Source: Promethearchaeia archaeon
GTDB lineage: Archaea > Asgardarchaeota > Lokiarchaeia > Sigyniarchaeales > SOKP01
NCBI GenBank assembly: GCA_029856145.1
Contig: JAHQWK010000011.1
Location: 96,001 to 160,000 of the forward strand
DNA: 64,000 bases
Direction: 5' to 3'
Part shown: positions 61,118-64,000 of the stretch, piece after piece
Layout of the letters: each line of letters starts with the position of its first letter
Numbering within the stretch: position 1 is the first letter of the stretch
Notes under the pieces: model-generated
Told to the model about the DNA's origin: nothing
Seen by the model: only the letters and a program-made list of their open reading frames with translations
Database searches by the model: none
Made by a program: the position numbers and the translations under genes

Positions 61118-61798
61118 ATGAGCATTGTTATTGGTTGTTTACTTCGGCATTATAAGATTGGTAAATTTCCCAGCTCCATAATTGATTTTTTAGATGACCT
61201 CAAGAAATATTTGATTGATCATCCGTATAGTGAAGATTTTAACGAGAGTAATATCAAAAGTATCGAAAAGACAATTGAATTCATTCAAGAGGATCCTGTT
61301 CTCCAAAGAACATTATGGATGTCCTTGGATATTCCTCGATGGTTAGGATTATGGAGTGAGGGGAAGAAGATATGTATTGATTTATCAGGGTGCGATCTTC
61401 ATTATCAGAAAATACTATTTCCTTTGCTCTTTCAGGTAGTTAAGAACTCCATCCCTATAAAGAATTCAGATACTCCGATCGGTGTTGTTGTTTTAGAAGA
61501 TGCTGATGATCTCCTTCAGAAAGTACCGTTTGACTATTATAGTAAAAATTTTAAGTTAAATAGAGATTATTATTACCAATTTGAAGAAGAGGCATATTTT
61601 CTTGCAAAAGAGCAATTAATAAAGGTATTTGGAGATAAAGATTACCTAATGAACGTTCAGCTCGAAAGTGTGTTCAATAGGTTAGTTTTTGATGAGTTAA
61701 TTTATAGAAATATCTCTTTTATTACCACATGTAGAGATCCTTTAGAACTCCATTATCCATATAAAACACAATTTCAAATTAAAATAAATTTAGATTAA
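61118..61798 (+). pseudogene. Probable C-terminal fragment of a degenerate HerA/VirB4-like P-loop ATPase
   Basis: KKICIDLS, Walker-B-like VVVLEDADDLL, NISFITTCRDP; no Walker A; no promoter space. Confidence 0.45.
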
Positions 61799-62337
61799 AG
61801 AAACTGATCATAGATTAATGCCAATGTTAACCAAATGCAAAAGAGTAAACCTTTCTATTTTATGTCCTTGAGGAAATCAGTAATTTATAACTCTGGATTT
61901 AGGATTAATGCACACATTGATACTATCCCTCATGGGGATGTGCGGTATTCCAATTTTCTTCCATATTACTTTCTGAACTTTCGATTTATCTGAAAATAAT
62001 ATACAAAAATTCCAAAACTTCCTTCTATAATCCATCTGCTAAAGGAAAAGAACAAGATAGCGCAGAGTTAGAAAATATAGTATCCAATGAGTATGTGGCT
62101 ATGGAATTATCTGAGGATGTTTTTGAAGTTTCAATTTAAATATTTAATTAACTCTTATAAATATAAAAAATTAAATCAATAAAAAATATAGTATTTAGAG
62201 AAATTTTAATATATTCTTAATTTTATTTATAAGTAAATTCTAAAAGAATTGGATATATCTTTTTAATAAAATAATCTTATTGAGAATTGTACAATTTAAG
62301 CTTGTAAACATTGATAAAAAGGTGAAAAAATAGCATA

Positions 62338-62994
62338 ATGCCTATTAAGAAGAAATTTCAGCAATGGAAAGAATATTCTAAAATGTCTGATTTAGGAATA
62401 ATCGTAAGAAGAAAATTCTTTAATAATGCTTTTGACGGCGCCTTAACTTGTGCTGGAATTGTAAGTGGGATTTTTATAATATTCCTCGCAGATCCTTTAA
62501 AATTTGAGTCTCAACAGGTTCTCATAACAGGATTTGCAACAGCCGCAGCAATTGGAATTAGTGGGTTGTGGGGAGCATTTCTTTCTGAGGAAGCTGAAAG
62601 AAAGAAAAAAGTAATGGACATGAAAAAGGATATGGCGATTGTTAAAGAGGAAAATCTTGATTTAGAGTCTAGGCGTGAAAAAAGTAAAAATAAGAAAGAA
62701 AATAATTCTAAAACAATAATAGGAAAAGCAGAAAATTTCGCAACAATTGTGGCTTCTTTAGTAGATGGAGGTGCTCCAGTTCTAGGAAGTTCTCTTCCTC
62801 TAATTCCTTTTTTCTTTGGGGTATCTCTGACTTTGTTTCATTTTATATTTTCTTACGTTATACTTGCCGGTTTGCTTATATATTTAGGTGTTTTTTTAGG
62901 ACAAATTTCAGGAGGGGGCCGTTTAAGATATGCTTTGCATTTAATAACCGCAGGTGTGGTAACTCTAATAGTTTCGATACTACTTGGTCTCTAA
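62338..62994 (+). CDS. VIT1/CCC1-family transporter
   Basis: NNAFDGALT, AIGISGLWGAFLSEEAE, PLIPF. Confidence 0.88.
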   Translation: MPIKKKFQQWKEYSKMSDLGIIVRRKFFNNAFDGALTCAGIVSGIFIIFLADPLKFESQQVLITGFATAAAIGISGLWGAFLSEEAERKKKVMDMKKDMAIVKEENLDLESRREKSKNKKENNSKTIIGKAENFATIVASLVDGGAPVLGSSLPLIPFFFGVSLTLFHFIFSYVILAGLLIYLGVFLGQISGGGRLRYALHLITAGVVTLIVSILLGL

Positions 62995-63109
62995 GATTAT
63001 AAGGTGTATCAAAATTTTAATTGATAATCATCTCTTTAATTGAAAAATAAGATTTGAATAGATTAAATAAGAAATTCTACTCCCGATTGTAGTTTAAATA
63101 GTAAATAAA

Positions 63110-63823
63110 ATGTTAGAAAAAATCAGAACTTACGCAAAAATTACGAATTTATGGGCAATTGCTAGACGATATTTTGTAAATAACTTTTATGATGGGATGT
63201 TAACAGTTTTAGGAATTTTATTAGGTTTTTTTGTTATAGTGTTAAAGGGAGATCAACCGACGATTGATAGTCATCTTGTTATTTTAACCGGGGTGGGGAG
63301 TTCCATATCAATGCTCATTTCAGGTTTAACTGGATCATATCTTTCAGAGAAGGCTGAACAAAAAAAAATTAAAGAAGAATTAAAAAAAGCAATGGTAATA
63401 GATGTTAGTGAGGAACAAGAAGAGATTGAAGGGGATTCTGATAATATTAAAGAGATTGAAAAAGCAATGTTGATTAAAATAAATCAGAATATAATTTCAA
63501 AAGCACAAATCAGACGGAGAAAAGAGAAGAAAAAATTTAAAACCCTTCAAGAAAAAGCTGAGAAATTTTCAAGTGTAATTGTTTCTTGCATAAATGGAGG
63601 TTCTCCATTTTTAGGAGGGTTAATACCTTTAATTCCTTTTTTATGCGTACCATCTGCCAATTTATTAATTTTTATTATATCCTTTTTAATAATCCTTATT
63701 TGTGTAATTTTACTTGGAGTCTTTTTAGGAGTAGTTTCTAAAGAATCAATTATCAAAAATGTACTTCAGATGACATTTGCCTTTTTTATAACCATTTTAA
63801 TTTCTATCTTTTTATTAAGTTAA
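63110..63823 (+). CDS. VIT1/CCC1-family transporter (paralogue)
   Basis: NNFYDGMLT, SMLISGLTGSYLSEKAE, PLIPF. Confidence 0.88.
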   Translation: MLEKIRTYAKITNLWAIARRYFVNNFYDGMLTVLGILLGFFVIVLKGDQPTIDSHLVILTGVGSSISMLISGLTGSYLSEKAEQKKIKEELKKAMVIDVSEEQEEIEGDSDNIKEIEKAMLIKINQNIISKAQIRRRKEKKKFKTLQEKAEKFSSVIVSCINGGSPFLGGLIPLIPFLCVPSANLLIFIISFLIILICVILLGVFLGVVSKESIIKNVLQMTFAFFITILISIFLLS

Positions 63824-63888
63824 ATTATTATCATAAATTTTAATTTTTGATTTTCATTTTACACATTAGCTAGATTACATACTATAGG

Positions 63889-64000
63889 ATGAATGGAAAA
63901 TTGAAGACTTGTGGAGTAGACATTGGATCATTAGAAACAAAAGTAGTATTGCTTGACGATAAGAATATTATGGGCTATCGGGTAGGGCGATCTACCTTTG
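63889..64000 (+). CDS. BadF/BadG/BcrA/BcrD-type ATPase (acyl-CoA dehydratase activase), 3'-truncated by the window edge
   Basis: MNGKLKTCGVDIGSLETKVVLLDD, the ASKHA phosphate-1 motif. Confidence 0.75.
   Translation, partial: MNGKLKTCGVDIGSLETKVVLLDDKNIMGYRVGRSTF

Noticed and set aside
1-64000. CRISPR arrays, tRNA/rRNA genes, intact IS elements
   Set aside because: No regularly spaced repeats, cloverleaf-like GC-rich segments or transposase/integrase ORFs were seen by eye. An intron-containing tRNA could be missed without tRNAscan-SE.

Overview
AT-rich archaeal chromosomal DNA. The gene content points to an Asgard archaeon, most likely Lokiarchaeia (inference): archaeal RadA, EndA, CdhA and A/V-type ATPase, plus small GTPases fused to roadblock/longin-like domains, a V4R protein, a SNAP-like TPR protein and a VWA-RING protein. 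From left to right the window holds: U32/pcm; alpha-glucan metabolism genes in two blocks (GH57 amylase plus maltokinase; GalT-like, NDP-sugar synthase, GH57 branching enzyme, degenerate PGM); a region of eukaryote-signature-like genes interleaved with mtrH-like and cdhA; a tandem dppB duplication; radA, three OsmC paralogues, MEMO1 and endA; a radical SAM/SPASM locus; a complete A/V-ATPase operon (K-C-H-F-E-A-B-D-I) followed by a second subunit A; and a decaying variable region (LRR and FN3 proteins, pseudogenes). The strongest candidate for a new system is at 40200-43995. Two paralogous ~80-aa single-TM peptides, sharing a leader (FYxIGKELGL) and a Tyr-containing C-terminal motif (YPxGTxYS[ST]VxxxDFK), bracket a radical SAM/SPASM enzyme resembling peptide maturases and a methyltransferase-TPR protein. 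This suggests a RiPP-like peptide-modification locus. Also notable are the second AtpA with GER->GEP, and apparent ATA and ATT start codons for AtpD and AtpE. I saw no rRNA, tRNA, CRISPR array or intact transposase. All family calls come from motif recognition by eye; no searches were run.
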